DNA from: Haliotis cracherodii
Lineage: Eukaryota
DNA length: 64,000 nt
Assembly (NCBI RefSeq): GCF_022045235.1
Contig: NW_027266343.1
Location: 56,854,001-56,918,000 of the forward strand
Direction of reading: 5' to 3'
The position numbers and the translations under genes were made by a program. Positions 1 to 13,285 of the stretch are shown piece after piece (the first letter of the stretch is position 1; each line of letters starts with the position of its first letter). Below the pieces are notes generated by a model that was given only the letters and a program-made list of their open reading frames with translations, ran no database searches and had not been told where the DNA came from.

Positions 1-254
1 GATTACTTTTTCAATGTTGATGTCCAATTTTTAACGTTTAGACATTGCTGTGATATTCAAATATACCATACAAATGCAAGTGGGGTCATTTTATTATGCT
101 TATTTTGAGCTTTTCGCTCTAAATATATCAAAAAGTGATGATGTCGCGTGCGGCTTTATTAGTAGCATCAAGAAACATAGCAGATAGGTGTCCTGTGAAG
201 TGGACACACAGCAACTGTACGCTTTGAATGATAGTGCCCACTAATGCAATATAC

Positions 255-408
255 CTATAGGAACAAATGGATTGTCCTTCGTTTTCCTGATAAACTTCTC
301 TTTCAAACCCTCTTGGTAATAGCCAAGTTCTTCTCTTGGTGGTGGTAAATATGCATATTCTTGAGGTGGAGGCTTCTGTACTATCTCTGACTCTGTAGAG
401 GTCGCCAT
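255..408 (-). CDS. HIGD2A: HIG1 domain family member 2A-like, first coding exon (rest lies upstream of the window)
   Basis: Minus strand from ATG at 408 reads MATSTESEIVQKPPPQEYAYLPPPREELGYYQEGLKEKFIRKTKDNPFVPI-G, then donor G|GTATAT (phase 1). KFxRKTxxNPxVPIG is the start of the HIG_1_N domain. Head-to-head with NOP16. Confidence 0.88.
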
Positions 409-923
409 TTTAGAATACAAAGAAGTTGCACAGGAATAAGGATCCGGAAGTTATCCAGTTATGATTTCACAAAACCGGCATCTATCGGCTTATGATAAGC
501 ATTGTGACATTGCTTTATGGTATTTTATGGAAAAAAATTGATTCAAAGTGTAAAAACCATACACCAATGTTTATACCATCAAGTATTACATTTGTTTCCA
601 CCGCTGTACTGGTCTCACATTTTGATATTGTAAGATCATCGGAAACATCCGGTTGGAAAATAGTAAAAGGGATCATAGCGGTATTTGATTGTTATAAATA
701 TGGATATATTTCTTTTGAGAATAAAAGTATGTTACAGTTAGATAGCGCTATCTTTGTTAAAATTTAAGCAGTATGATGTAACAGTCGTAGTTTGTTTAAC
801 CTCAATTAAAACACTTAGTGTGTTTATTTGTTTCGGAAGTTATTCCATATTTTGTCATACCCATAGTCGCGTCCTTGAGCACGTGTTGATGTTTTGCTTG
901 AAGAAATACTCTGTGACAGAACC
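409..923. promoter_or_regulatory. Bidirectional promoter/5'UTR region shared by HIGD2A and NOP16
   Basis: 515 bp between divergent ATGs; ETS/GABP-type CCGGAAGT at ~444-451 and CGGAAGT at ~834-840. Confidence 0.65.
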
Positions 924-3900
924 ATGACGAAAATACGAAAACAGAGCAGAAATAAGACTTACAACTATACCAAAGACCGGAAAAGAAGTTGGAAAAACAA
1001 AAACAAACTACAAAAAATAACATGGCAAGGCTGTTAGAAATGTTTATGCAGTATAATTTACTATAAGTCAGGGCCTCATCGCAGGAGAACTTTATTTAAC
1101 GTGCTGAAGTAGGTACATATAGACGTCGTTCAGGCTAACTGAAAGACGAGTAGTGCACAATTTCAGTTAGAGCCACGTCCTTTAACTCTAGGAGTAGCAC
1201 TTCCAAAGATGAATGGATGAGGGGATATACAGGAGTTTGAACAAATGCTAAAATATTACAAAAAAACCAACTAAACGATGAAAAGTTAAAGATTCTTTAC
1301 CTCGATAGACGTGTCATCCCGTGAAGATCCGATTTGGATTAGGCCATCAGCAACCCATGCTTGCTGTGAAAGGCGACTATTGTTGTCATAAAAGGCGACT
1401 AACGGGATTCGGTGGTCAGGCTTGCTGACTTTGATTGATGTATGTCATCGTGTCCCAGTTGCGTAGATCAATGCTCATGATGTCAATCACTGGATTAAAT
1501 TGTCTGGTCCACACTCGATTATTTTCAGACCGCCATCATATAGCTGGAATATTGCTGAGTGTGGCGTTAAACAACAAACAAACAATTAGTTTTTCTGGTC
1601 AAATACCTGAAATGGGTTGACGAGAAATCAGTGTGTTTTGGCTTTGACTTTTTGGGGGCTGGGATGTCAGTTTATTTTGTATAATGTTCAAACATTTTTC
1701 AGTGAGACTGTAAGTGAAGCTTGGGATGAGAAGAAGTCTGTAGCACAGAACATGCAGGACATGGGGCTGTCAGCGGACTCCAACCAAACCATAAGGATCC
1801 CCAAAACTAAGGTGTGCTATTTTGTTGCTATGTGAGTTTTGAACACATTCTTCCATATAACATGTGTTGTATACCATGTTTTGTCAAAGGATGACATCTG
1901 TGTCCCCAATACACATGTATTCCTAGATCTGCTGTATAAGGGTATTGGGTGGTCATGATGGCTAATACATACAAATATTATGTCATGGGGGTCGAATGGT
2001 TAAAGCTAAAACTGCACCTCAGCAAAACGCCATCGAGCTAAAACGGAACCCTGGCCAAAGCCAAATTTGTATTGTGATTGTACCACGTGTGTTCCACTGT
2101 CTGATGTTGTCATTGTGTTTGGTATTTCAGGAATTTCTGACAAAGTCTGCTGAAGTTGTCATGGCAATTAAATCCAAAAAGAAGAAAGCTGTCAAGCATC
2201 ATGTTGTTGATGGTAAATTTACTCATTAGTGACTCTGTTATGGTGGAAATGAGAGTAAAGTATGCAGCTAGACATGTGAATGACCCCTTAGAAATGTAAC
2301 TGTGTACATTATACATATAGTGTACATTTTTTTCTCCCCAAAATACATCTGTGTAGAGGGGTGATGCACATAATACACGCATTCAACAAATTTTAATGTT
2401 TTTCCCCAATGCATTAAATGCAAAGACATTACCATGAGCAAGTAACACAGGAAATACCATGTCAACAAATCCATACAGAAGTAGGCAATTTAATCCTGTT
2501 ATCACTCTATCTGGTTATAAAATGTGTTCATTATACATGTATATTCACACATATGTTTGTGATCTATTTCATTTATTTTTTCTAAAACTCAACATTGTTT
2601 ACATTAGTTTGGCAAAATCTGGTGTGTACTTATCAGCAGATCTCAGCAACTCACTGTTATTTACAGAACCATGATCAGATTACAGTAACTGACACCTTGA
2701 AACGAACCGTAGTCAACAGAAAATAGATACATATGTTGTAAATCTGGAAATTAATGAGTCTCCAATTTAATACGACTGCTGACCCCTAGCCAAAAATGCG
2801 ACTCAATATCAATGCGACCCAAACCCCATCCCATCTTCAGTGGAATGATACATATTCTTACCTTTATCCAATCAAAGTGTGTAGTGCACTTGCAATAAAC
2901 AATAAACAGTGTTTTCCTAAAAACATCACACAGTTTATATGTTTACCATGTTTACTCTGCTGACTGGCATGAAGGAAGATCAAAGTCAATGAAATAATTG
3001 AACCAAAACAGTTCACTGATTGGTACGTGGAGAAGGTGTCAACAAGGTTGACACGAGTGGGAAGAACTCTTGACACCAACAGGGCGGTCGGGTAGCCCAG
3101 TGGTTAAAGCGTTCAGTCGTCACGCCAAAGACCCGGGTTCGAATCACGACATGGGTACAATGTGTGAAGTCCATTTCTAGTGTCCCCCACCGTGATATTG
3201 CTGGAATATTGCTAAAAGCGGCGTAAAACCAAATTCACTCACTCACTCACTTGACACCAAAGGTGATCACTCAACTGATGCCCATTGTGTAATTTCTATT
3301 GTTTGAATGACATTGTTATATACTTGTTTCAACTGCTGCTCAATAAACTGTGTGTTTATATTCAAGTTGGTATTTCCACTATCCAAATTGTGCAGTTATA
3401 ATTTCAAGATTTACAGTACCATAAATGCCCTACTTTGACTCGTCAAAAATTATGGTTATTATAGTTTCACTATTATATATCAACATTATGTTGATACTGG
3501 ACTGGAATGGAAGCTGCTATTTGATGGGCTTATGTTGACTTCTTGTTAGTTATGTCATTGGTCGGTCAAAGTTCCTGAAAGGTTGTTCTGACGCGGCCTG
3601 TCAGGGAATGTCCTATGATCTTTGCGTAGCGGTAGTGAACACTAGGATTTGATGAGAGTGAGTAAAATCTGCACTTGAAATATCAAGATATTGAAATATA
3701 CTTTTCCTGGTAAAATAATAGTTTCAGATACAATTTCTTCCAATCATTAGATTGAAATTCTTTTATGTTATATTATTGGGTATTTTTTGTCTGAATCACA
3801 GGTAGATCTGGAGGAAAATATGTGTACAGCTGATTGCTATTTCTGGCTATTTCTCACAGTAACTTCTATCTCTGCATATAAAACAATGCTAGCAGATCAA

Positions 3901-6900
3901 GTGATATTTCATGCCCCAAAGTATATTTTTTTTACCAAGAACCCGTTTTGTTGCTATATTTTTTTACAGGTAGCCACTAGTAAAATCAACAAGTCAGGCC
4001 AATATTGTAGGTAGCCAAAAATGTTTAAAATTATCTTTTAGACGTAATTTAATCAAATTCCTATTATGATATGTACCCAGCATTAATCTTGAATAGTATA
4101 TTAGCCATGCATTCTTCGTTAGCCATTCTTTGTTTTTTTGTTTTTTTTTATTTATCTTTTTATTTACTTCCGAATGTCACCGACAATGACCGTTTTTCCA
4201 TGTCTATATTTGCTTCCAACTCCTCGAAATCATGTCAACTATCACTATTAATAGTTCCTAAGTTACTTTCATCATCGTTTTCACTCACAGCTTTTTGTGT
4301 TGCGATATTTGTCTGCTGTGCGGAGATGAAAAGTACTTTGCCATGATGTTGTCAAGTAAAATGGAATGGTGTTCACATGTCAGAAATTTGTAAACTCGAT
4401 GCATTGGTTTCAGTAAAATATGTATTTTGACTCATTGGGACTCATTGGGTGTTACAATAATCTTAGCGATAAGATCGCTTTGTGAAACGATGATTAGGTT
4501 ATCTGTGTGTCAAACAGTGTGGATCATTGCTTCTGCTGTGAACCACTTGTCTGGCTAGCCCTGAGGTGGTTATTAATAGGCCACTGTGGAATAATTGGAA
4601 AGTTGCAGACTGTGGCATAATAACATACACTAGTTCAAGAATGGTGATGGGTTTAATAAATTTAAAATATTGAAAAGACTGTTGTGTTCTGATAGATGTA
4701 TATTAATAAATAAATGATAGATTTGTGCATCTTATCCAGATACTCCCTGCTAAATTTTATATATTGAATGAAATGTTCTGTTTTGATTGATGTGTATTGA
4801 TAAATAAATTATAGATGTATCACATCTTATCCAGATGCTCCCTGTTTTAAAGAACTCAGTGAGAATTGCTCTTTTGAAGAAGCTGATATCTACCCATCTC
4901 CTGACATCTTCCCTCTCCTGACATCTTCCCTCTCCTGACATCTTCCCATCTCTTGACATCTTCCCATCTCCTGACATCTTCCTTCTCCTGACATCTTCTC
5001 ATCTCCTGACATCTACCCATCTCCTGACATCTTCTCATCTCCTGACATCTTCTCATATCCTGACATCTTCCCATCTCCTGACATCTTCTCATCTCCTGAC
5101 ATCTTTCCATCTCTAGACATCTTCCTTCTCCTGACATCTTCCCATCTCCTGACATCTACCCATCTCCTGACATCTTCTCATCTCCTGACATCTTCTCATA
5201 TCCTGACATCTTCTCATATCCTGACATCTTCCCATCTCCTGACATCTTCTCATCTCCTGACATCTTCTCATCTCCTGACATCTTTCCATCTCTAGACATC
5301 TTCCTTCTCCTGACATCTTCCCATCTCCTGACATCTTCTCATCTCCTGACATCTACCCATCTCCTAACATCTTCCTTCTCTTGATATCTTTGCTCTCCTG
5401 ACATCTTCCCATCTCCTTTCATCTTCCCATCTCCTGACATCTTCCCTCTCCTGACATCTTCCCTCTCCTGACATCTACCCATCTCATGACATCTTCCCAT
5501 CTCATGACATCTTCCCATCTCCTGACATCTACCCATCTCCTGACATCTTCCCTTTCTTGACATCTTTGCTTTCCTGACCTCTTCCCATCTCCAGACATCT
5601 TCCCATCTCCTGACATCTTCCCATCTCCTGACATCTTCCCTCTCCTGACATCTTCCCATCTCTTGACATCTTCCCTCTCTTGACATCTTCCCATCTCCTG
5701 TCATCTTCCCATCTCATGACATCTGCCCATCTCCTGACATCTTCCCATCTCCTGACATCTACCCATCTCCTAACATCTTCCCTCTCTTGACATTTTCCCT
5801 CTCCTGACATCTTCCCTCTCCTGACATCTTCCCATCTCCTGACATCTACCCATCTCCTGACATCTTCCCTCTCTTGACATCTTCAGTCTCCTGACATCTT
5901 CCCATCTCCTGACATCTACCCATCTCCCGACATCTTCCCTCTCTTGACATCTTCCCATCTCCTGACATCTTGACATCTTCCCATCTTCTGACATCTTCCC
6001 TCTCCTGACATCTTCCCATCTCATGACATCTTCCCTCTCTTGACATCTTCCCATCTCCTGACATCTTCCCATCTACTGACATCTTCCCATCTCCTGGCAT
6101 CTTCCCATCTCCTGACATCTTCCCTATCCTGACATCTTCCCATCTCCTGACATCTTCCATCTCCTGACATCTTCCCATCTCCTGACATCTACCCATCTCC
6201 TGACATCTACCCCACTCCTGACATCTTCCCTCTCCTGACATCTTCCCTCTCCTGACATCTTCCCATCTCTTGAATTCTTCCCTCTCTTGACATCTTCCCT
6301 CTCCTGACATCTTCCCATCTCCTGACATCTACCCATCTCCTGACATCTTCCCTCTCTTGACATCTTCCGTCTCCTGACATCTTCCCATCTCCTGACATCT
6401 ACCCATCTCTTGACATCTTCCTTCTCCTGACATCTTCCTTCTCCTGACATCTTCCCATCTCCTGACATCTTCCCATCTACTGACATCTTCCCTCTCCTGA
6501 CATCTTCCCTCTCCTGACATCTTCTCATCTCCTGACATCTTCCCGTCTCCTGACATCTTCCTTCTCCTGACATCTTCCCATCTCCTGACATCTTCCCATC
6601 TCCTGGCATCTTCCCTCTCTTAACATCTTCCCATCTCCTGACATCTTCCCATCTCCTGACATCTTGACATCTTCCCATCTTCTGACATCTTCCCTCTCCT
6701 GACATCTTCCCATCTCCTGACATCTTCCCTCTCTTCACTTCCCATCTCCTGACATCTTGACATCTTCCCTCTCCTGACATCTTCCCATCTCCTCACATCT
6801 TCCCTCTCCTGACATCTTCCCTCTCTTGACATCTTCCCTCTACTGACATCTTCCCATCTCCTGACATCTTCCCATCTCCTGACATCTTCCCATCTCCTGA

Positions 6901-9295
6901 CATCTTCCCTCTCCTGACATCTTTCCATCTCTAGACATCTTCGCATCTCCTGACATCTTCCCATCTCCAGACATCTTCCCATCTCCAGACATCTTCCCAT
7001 TTCTTGATATCTTCCCATCTCCTGACATCTTCCTTCTCCTGACATCTTCCCATCTCCTGACATCTTCCCTCTCCTGACATCTTCCCATCTCCTGACATCT
7101 TCCCATCTACTGACATCTTCCCATCTCCTGACATCTTGACATCTTCCCATCTCCTGACATCTTCCCATCTCTTGATATCTTCCCATCTCCTGACATCTTC
7201 CCTCTCCTGACATCTTCCCTCTCCTGACATCTTCCCATCTCCTGACATCTTCCCATCTCTTGACATCTTCCCATCTCCTGACATCTTTCCATCTACTGAC
7301 ATCTTCCCATCTCTTGACATCTTCCCATCTCTTGATATCTTCCCATCTCCTGACATCTTCCTTCTCCTGACATCTTCCAATCTACTGACATCTTCCCACT
7401 CCTGACATCTTCCCATCTCCTGACATCTTCCCATCTACTGACATCTTCCCTCTCCTGACATCTTCCCATCTACTGACATCCTCCCATCCCGACATCTTCC
7501 CATCTACTGACATCTTCCCATCTACTGACATCTTCCCATCTACTGACATCTTCCCTCTCCTGACATCTTCCAATCCACTGACATCTTCCCATCTCCTGAC
7601 ATCTTCCCATCTACTGACATCTTCCCATCTACTGACATCTTCCCATCTACTGACATCTTCCCATCTACTGACATCTTCCCATCTCCTGACATCTTCCCTC
7701 TCCTGACATCTTCCCATCTACTGACATCTTCCCTCTCCTGACATCTTCCCATCTACTGACATCTTCCCATCTACTGACATCTTCCCATCTACTGACATCT
7801 TCCCATCTCCTGACGTCTTCCCATCTCCTGACATCTTCCATCTACTGACATATTCCCATCTCCTGACATCTTCCCATCTTCTGACATCTTCCCATCTACT
7901 GACATCTTCCCATCTCTTGACATCTTCCTATCTCCTGACATCTTCCCATCTACTGACATCTTCCCTCTCCTGACATCTTCCCATCTACTGACATCTTCCC
8001 TCTCCTGACATCCTCTGGAAGCTCATTCTATAGAACAGTGCCAGCCTTGCTCAAGGTTCTGTTTCCATACATTATTCGGCTGGTCTTAGTACAGGTTGTT
8101 GTTTTTTTCAGCCCTTGAGAAGCAGGCCAAAATTCCCCAGGAGGCCAGACTAAGACTGTCAGACTTGGAGGTCAGATACTGTGCCCACATGATGGAGAAA
8201 CATGGCGAGGACTATAAGGTATGTGGGGATGTACCACTGTAAAAAGAAATCGTGTCTTGCCTGGACTAATGAGTCTATGCATTGTCAAATGAAAATTTCA
8301 TAACGAAATCCAACATCCGCTTCATCAACTGCCGTGAAGATTTCTGTCGATTGCAGAATTTGTAAAGTCATCTGGTCAACAGATATTTTCCAAACCCTTT
8401 CATGTTTCTAATCAAGGTGCTCGCATGATTTGATGCACTTCGAGAAGTAAGACCCAGCTTTTTGACAATATAGATCTTGATTATTGATCTGATCATCTTA
8501 TTTAAAACAAATGCTGGTGATATGTGAGGTGGAATCTGATTGGTCAATAGTAGGAACATTGAGGGACACAACTTGTAGTAGCCAGTGGTCGATTTGTTTG
8601 TTTGTTTGTTTATTTGTTGTTTAACGCCACATTCAGCAATGTTCCAGCTATATGACGGCATTCCTTAAATGATCAAGTTCGGACCAGACAATCCAATGAT
8701 TGACATCATGAGCATCGACTCACGCATTTGGGATATGATAACATGCATCAACCAAGTCAGCGAGCCTGACCCCCCGATCCCGTTATTCGCCTCTAAGGAT
8801 AAGCATAGCACTATAATCGAGCCCAGAAATTCCAGCCTAGTTTGGCAAGGGTAGAAACTGGACTTTTATAGTCCGTTAGCTCCCTTGCCTCTGGAAGATG
8901 CACTGTAAGATACCCGTAGATGAAAATGTTTAAAAAAATAAGGGCGTAATTAATAATCAATAGGAATTACAATATGATGAAGATCAGATCAAATACCAAA
9001 ATTAACCAATTGATAATAAATATAACCTACTTAATGACATCGTTTTCCAATCAAGGTGATAGTGGAACAAACATACAGTCTTATTAAGCAATGTTAATAT
9101 GTATTCATGGTATGATAATGCTGAAACATTTTCTTCACTTTTGTGCAGGCAATGGCACGGGACCCAAAGAACTATTACCAAGAGACACCTAAACAGATAA
9201 AAAAGAAAATCAACCGATTTAAGAACATTCCTGAGCAGTATGAGACCTACCTTCGCTCAAAAGGTGAGAGTGGATCAGCCATGGAAACAACATGA
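924..9295 (+). CDS. NOP16: Nucleolar protein 16 (5 coding exons, 181 aa)
   Basis: Exons 924-1024, 1703-1811, 2131-2212, 8112-8218, 9149-9295 join in phase (546 nt): MTKIRKQSRNKTYNYTKDRKRSWKNKNKLQKITCETVSEAWDEKKSVAQNMQDMGLSADSN...[36 protein letters not shown]...METT. AWD..SV.QN...MGL and [16 protein letters not shown].TPKQI are Nop16 signatures. Intron 1 needs a GC donor. Confidence 0.95.
1318..1585 (+). mobile_element. SINE-like family B copy (~270 bp, no tRNA head recognised)
   Basis: Matches the dispersed consensus CCCGTGAAGATCCGG..GTCGTAAGAGGCGACTAACGGGATCGGGTGGTCAGGCTCGCTGACTTGG..GGAATATTGCTGAGTGCGGCGTTAAAC(AAAC)n seen about 20 times in the window. Confidence 0.8.
3080..3249 (+). mobile_element. 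tRNA-derived SINE family A copy with 11-bp TSD
   Basis: A-box TAGCCCAGTGG, B-box GGTTCGAATC, (TCAC)n tail; flanked by CTTGACACCAA at 3069-3079 and 3250-3260. Confidence 0.9.
4885..8012. repeat. 17/18-bp minisatellite (CTCCTGACATCTTCCC[A]T)n, ~3.1 kb, in NOP16 intron 3
   Basis: Direct reading; roughly 175 units; accounts for all MSGDGK/RCQEMG/DVRRWE ORFs in the track. Confidence 0.97.
8592..8805 (-). mobile_element. SINE-like family B copy (partial)
   Basis: Reverse-complement match to the family B consensus with (TTTG)n tail. Confidence 0.75.
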
Positions 9296-9686
9296 CACAG
9301 AACGTTCATTGGGAGACTTGTGTCTCCATCTCTAGAAACAGGTGCTTGTTGAATCTGGGAAACTGGCACTGTTCAGGGTTGAAGTGACACATGCAGGTGG
9401 TGCCACCTGGGCCAACTATACCTGAGTAGTATTCAGGGATGAGAATCTTCTTCAGATTCGCGAATTTTAGTGACCACAAATTTGTTGAAATCTTATGGCT
9501 TCCCCCATAAATACCCCCAAATTATGGACATTGCAAAGATGTTTCAGCTGAAAAGGAAAATATTCATTCTCATCCCTGAGTATTACATAGTAGCTCTTCT
9601 CTGCTGGAGCAAGGACTGTCTTCTAAGGTTGGTTCTCCTAACAACACATTGTCCATAGTTTGTATCTATCACCTCAAGCTTGATAA

Positions 9687-9847
9687 GGGGCGGTCGGGTA
9701 GCCTTGTGGTTAAAGCGTTTGCTCATTATGCCGAAGGCCCAGGTTCGATTCCCGACATGGGTACAATGTATGAAGCCTATTTCTGGTGTCCCTTGCCGTG
9801 ATATTGCTGGAATATTGCTAAAAGCGGCATAAAACCATACTCACTCA
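9687..9847 (+). mobile_element. tRNA-derived SINE family A copy with 14-bp TSD
   Basis: A/B boxes and (TCAC)n tail; CTCAAGCTTGATAA at 9673-9686 and 9848-9861. Confidence 0.9.
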
Positions 9848-10199
9848 CTCAAGCTTGATAATGCAGGTCAGTTTGGTATTTAATGAAGATTTGTCATTCG
9901 TCACACAGTTAAGATAAACCTGAGACAGTTCACCAGACAGTGTGGTCTTGTACATGATGTATATATGCAGCCTGCTTTCATTACCATTCATTGTGTACAC
10001 ATTATATAGATATGCGGTACAGTTGATGGATACTCTATGTTTTTTGATAAATCAAACAGTATTGTGGGAAAGATGGAATTAACCTATCGTCTCCTTCACA
10101 TAGTTACTTCCCTTAGCCGGGCAAGGATGCTTGTTTTCAATCCTGGATTGTCGCCGATTATGATTTTTCTATCAGTGTCATGTTGGTTATTTTGGCTTT

Positions 10200-10340
10200 C
10201 TTCCCAGTAGGGGAAACCTGCCGCCTGTTTTTTTAGGGTTTGATCCCAGTAGGGGACATCTGCAGCCTGTTTTTTTAGGGTTTGATCCCAGTAGGGGACA
10301 TCTGCAGCCTGTGTTTTTAGGGTTTGATCCCAGTAGGACT
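10200..10340. repeat. 39-bp tandem repeat, ~3.5 copies
   Basis: GTTTGATCCCAGTAGGGGACATCTGCAGCCTGTTTTTTTAGG-type units; gives a 13-aa repeat in ORF 10096..10350. Confidence 0.85.
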
Positions 10341-11513
10341 GGACCACCATGATGTAAGGGTCAGTATCAAGCCAACTAAATAAAGGGGAATAACTCCACT
10401 GTGAGATTGCTAAATGTCCATTGTGAAAAGAAACTTTGGCTAATTGTCAGGATTTGTAAAATACTTTGATATTGGTCTTTGTTATGGTTTAATCATGACT
10501 TTTGTGTCTAGTAGATGAAATGTGCACATCCACTTGGAAGGGCCCCTCATTCCTTGTCATAGAAAAAATTATTCTGAAAAAATTGTTTTCTTGAAGGCAA
10601 TAAATCCTGTTGAAGTACAAATGTGATGTTTGTTGTGATTGCACCTCATTGTGTGGTAATGTTATCTGCACATCGTTTTCAAACCTCACAGTTATACAAA
10701 GTTTATCATCAACTGTCACAGTGGACATTTAGACAGTCTTGATTTGTTCCAATTCACCAGAACCAATGGCTCCCGGAAGCTTGTATAGAAGGCTCATTGT
10801 GTGTTTTGCGATACATTCTCTGAAAGTATAAACATGATAGACTAGTTAACCAACTGGCCCCCGACATCCAGGCTGCCCCTCTTTATAAGGCAAGCCCTCT
10901 TTATAAGACATGCCCTCTTTGTCCCCACTGGGAAGGTTCCACCTTACACATTTCAGGTGGGATGAATAGTGAGTTGTCGTTGGAGGCCAGTTGTGTGCTT
11001 GTCTTGTGTGTGCGACACAAAGAGTGTTGACATTGAAGATGCTTATCTACAGCTCCAGCAGCCTCAGGATCAAGGCGTTGACTCGTGAGACCGAACACAT
11101 GAGTCTGGTGTGTGAAAGCTGCTTGTTCATGTGGTATTTTGAGAAAAACTACATAAAAACATCCACTACTCAAGCATAAAGCTTAAAATTGTAAAACAAT
11201 AGGTTCTTATGCAATGGCTTATAAAAATATTGTGCGGGTGGGTGGTGTATTGGAGGGGGGGGGGGGGGGGGGGTTCTTGTTCAAGCTAGTATGTAACCAA
11301 ATTTTGTGAACAATAATTTTGTGGAAATCCTGTTGATCTCAATTATGTCACATTTCACTGCCAGGGTTTTGTGTATGAAATGCAAAAATTTAACGATTTT
11401 GAATTTTTTTAAATGGAGATAAGAACGAAACGAAACGGATGCAACGGATTTTATGATGATGAGGGCGGTACCTGAGAACAAAGACTATTATTTTTTTTAG
11501 CAGATATTAAACA

Positions 11514-11650
11514 GGGCAGTCAGCTAGTCTAGTGGTTAATGCATTGGGTACAATGTGTGAAGTCCATTTCTGGTGTCCCCTGCCATGATATTGCTGGAAT
11601 ATTTCTAAAAGCGGCGTAAAATCAAACTCACTCACTCATTCACTCACCAA
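11514..11650 (+). mobile_element. SINE family A copy, internally deleted
   Basis: Head fused to body without the B-box segment; TSD ATATTAAACA at 11504-11513 and 11651-11660. Confidence 0.8.
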
Positions 11651-13285
11651 ATATTAAACAATGAATCACAGACCCATTCAAATGTTCAAAACAAAAACAA
11701 TTTATTTACAAGCACATAGACTGAGATATGTTGTAGGTTATCAAGGTTATTGCAAATAAATAAATTTGTCATGGAAAAACATTGACTCCCCTCTGTAACC
11801 ATTAAGCACAGAAACTATTAACACCCATATTCACGCTTGTTTCAGATTGATGAAATTCTGGTCAGTTATTTTATGTTGACACAATACAAGGGACTTCTGG
11901 GGATATCATAAGAACAACCAGATTTGAGACTAAAGTTGTTTTGAAAAGAAATTGTTCGTAGAAATTTGTAGGAATGAACCACAATGGTTCCAACTGAATG
12001 GCAGCTGTTCTTGTATTACATTTACCCAGCTATTACAATGTTACATATTACAGTCATTTCTTAAGTGATTCACATTGCCTGGAGACCGGTCTGTCAATGG
12101 CTAGCACTGTGCATGTTGTGCCACAGTGTTTATGATTATTTATAAAAATATAACGCATATACAATATTTCATGTACAAAAGTTTCAGGTTGGTATTATCA
12201 TGGCTGTATCGAAAAGGCAGCAATAATGTTTACATCGTAATATACAAAATAAATACAATCAACTCCTGTACAATGAAAAAAAGCTGTAATACTGAATGGT
12301 TTACGTAATACTCTCTCTTAGGCTCAATGATAAACTTGTCCTGCAAAATAAGTGATGAGATTTCTGTGAACAAAAGAATCATATGATGCTATAACCAGCG
12401 ATGCCAACCCTGATTGAAGCTTTGGAGTATTAAGTGCGGAAAAAGGAGTAACATTAACAATACCATTCGTTCCCTGTCTGCACCGCACAGATTGACTGAT
12501 AAAGTGATTTGAGTGTGTTTTAACACAACACTCTGTCCAAGACCCCATACCACTGAGTAATTGATATTTTAACACTGTGAATTGAGAGCATGGCTCTCAT
12601 TGGTCAGCATAGTCTTGCTGTAGAATGTTACGGGTGTATTAACAATTTGCTCTCCATAATTATGCACGTAAACAATTTGCGAATCATGATTTGCAGGGGG
12701 ACAAAGTATCAACAAATGTTTAAACTCAAAACAGTAAATATGCCAAAAATTGTAATGGTTGGCATCTCTGTAGAATGACTACACAGTACTCAAATACGAT
12801 TGGTAGTCTAGAAATGTTATTCGATGGTAACCAAGGAAACAGAAGTAAACATTAGATATTGCCACATTAACGATAAACACAGAACACGAACAGCTGAAAT
12901 CTTGGAGTAGGAACTCAAAATCGTATCTTTTGTCCAGTCAAAGAAAGCACAAATAATGGACAAATGTATTTCACCAGGCGCTGACGCCTTATGAAATGAG
13001 TTGTTTGTCTTCAGGTGGTTATTCTGAAAACAGCAAGGAACCATTCTTATGGAAATCATAGGCTTCAATTGTCATTGTTCATCAAAAGAGATTAAGAGAC
13101 TCTGATAAAACTACATGATCAAGTTTGAACACTCCAACACATGTATAATGTTGATGGCATTTCTAATTAAAGTTACGTTTTTTAAATTCACATTTTGCTT
13201 ATTTAGAAAGTTATGTCCCATTTAGCCCTCCGTTCAATAATTCCTGTTAACCCTATATCCTGTAACCCCCTGTACCCCAGCCATT

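Noticed and set aside
1130-1235. Two-hairpin H/ACA snoRNA candidate in NOP16 intron 1
   Set aside because: Hairpins and a downstream ACA exist but there is no ANANNA H box in the hinge; would need snoGPS/Infernal support.
3080-3160. tRNA-Asp(GTC)-like sequences at family A heads
   Set aside because: Acceptor stem not closed; followed by SINE body, tail and TSDs, so SINE heads rather than tRNA genes.
4490-4630. Structured-looking segment in NOP16 intron 3 (snoRNA candidate)
   Set aside because: Aligns as a decayed family B SINE 3' half.
4750-7752. Many overlapping minus-strand ORFs (MSGDGK/RCQEMG repeats)
   Set aside because: Translation artefacts of a stop-poor minisatellite inside a NOP16 intron.
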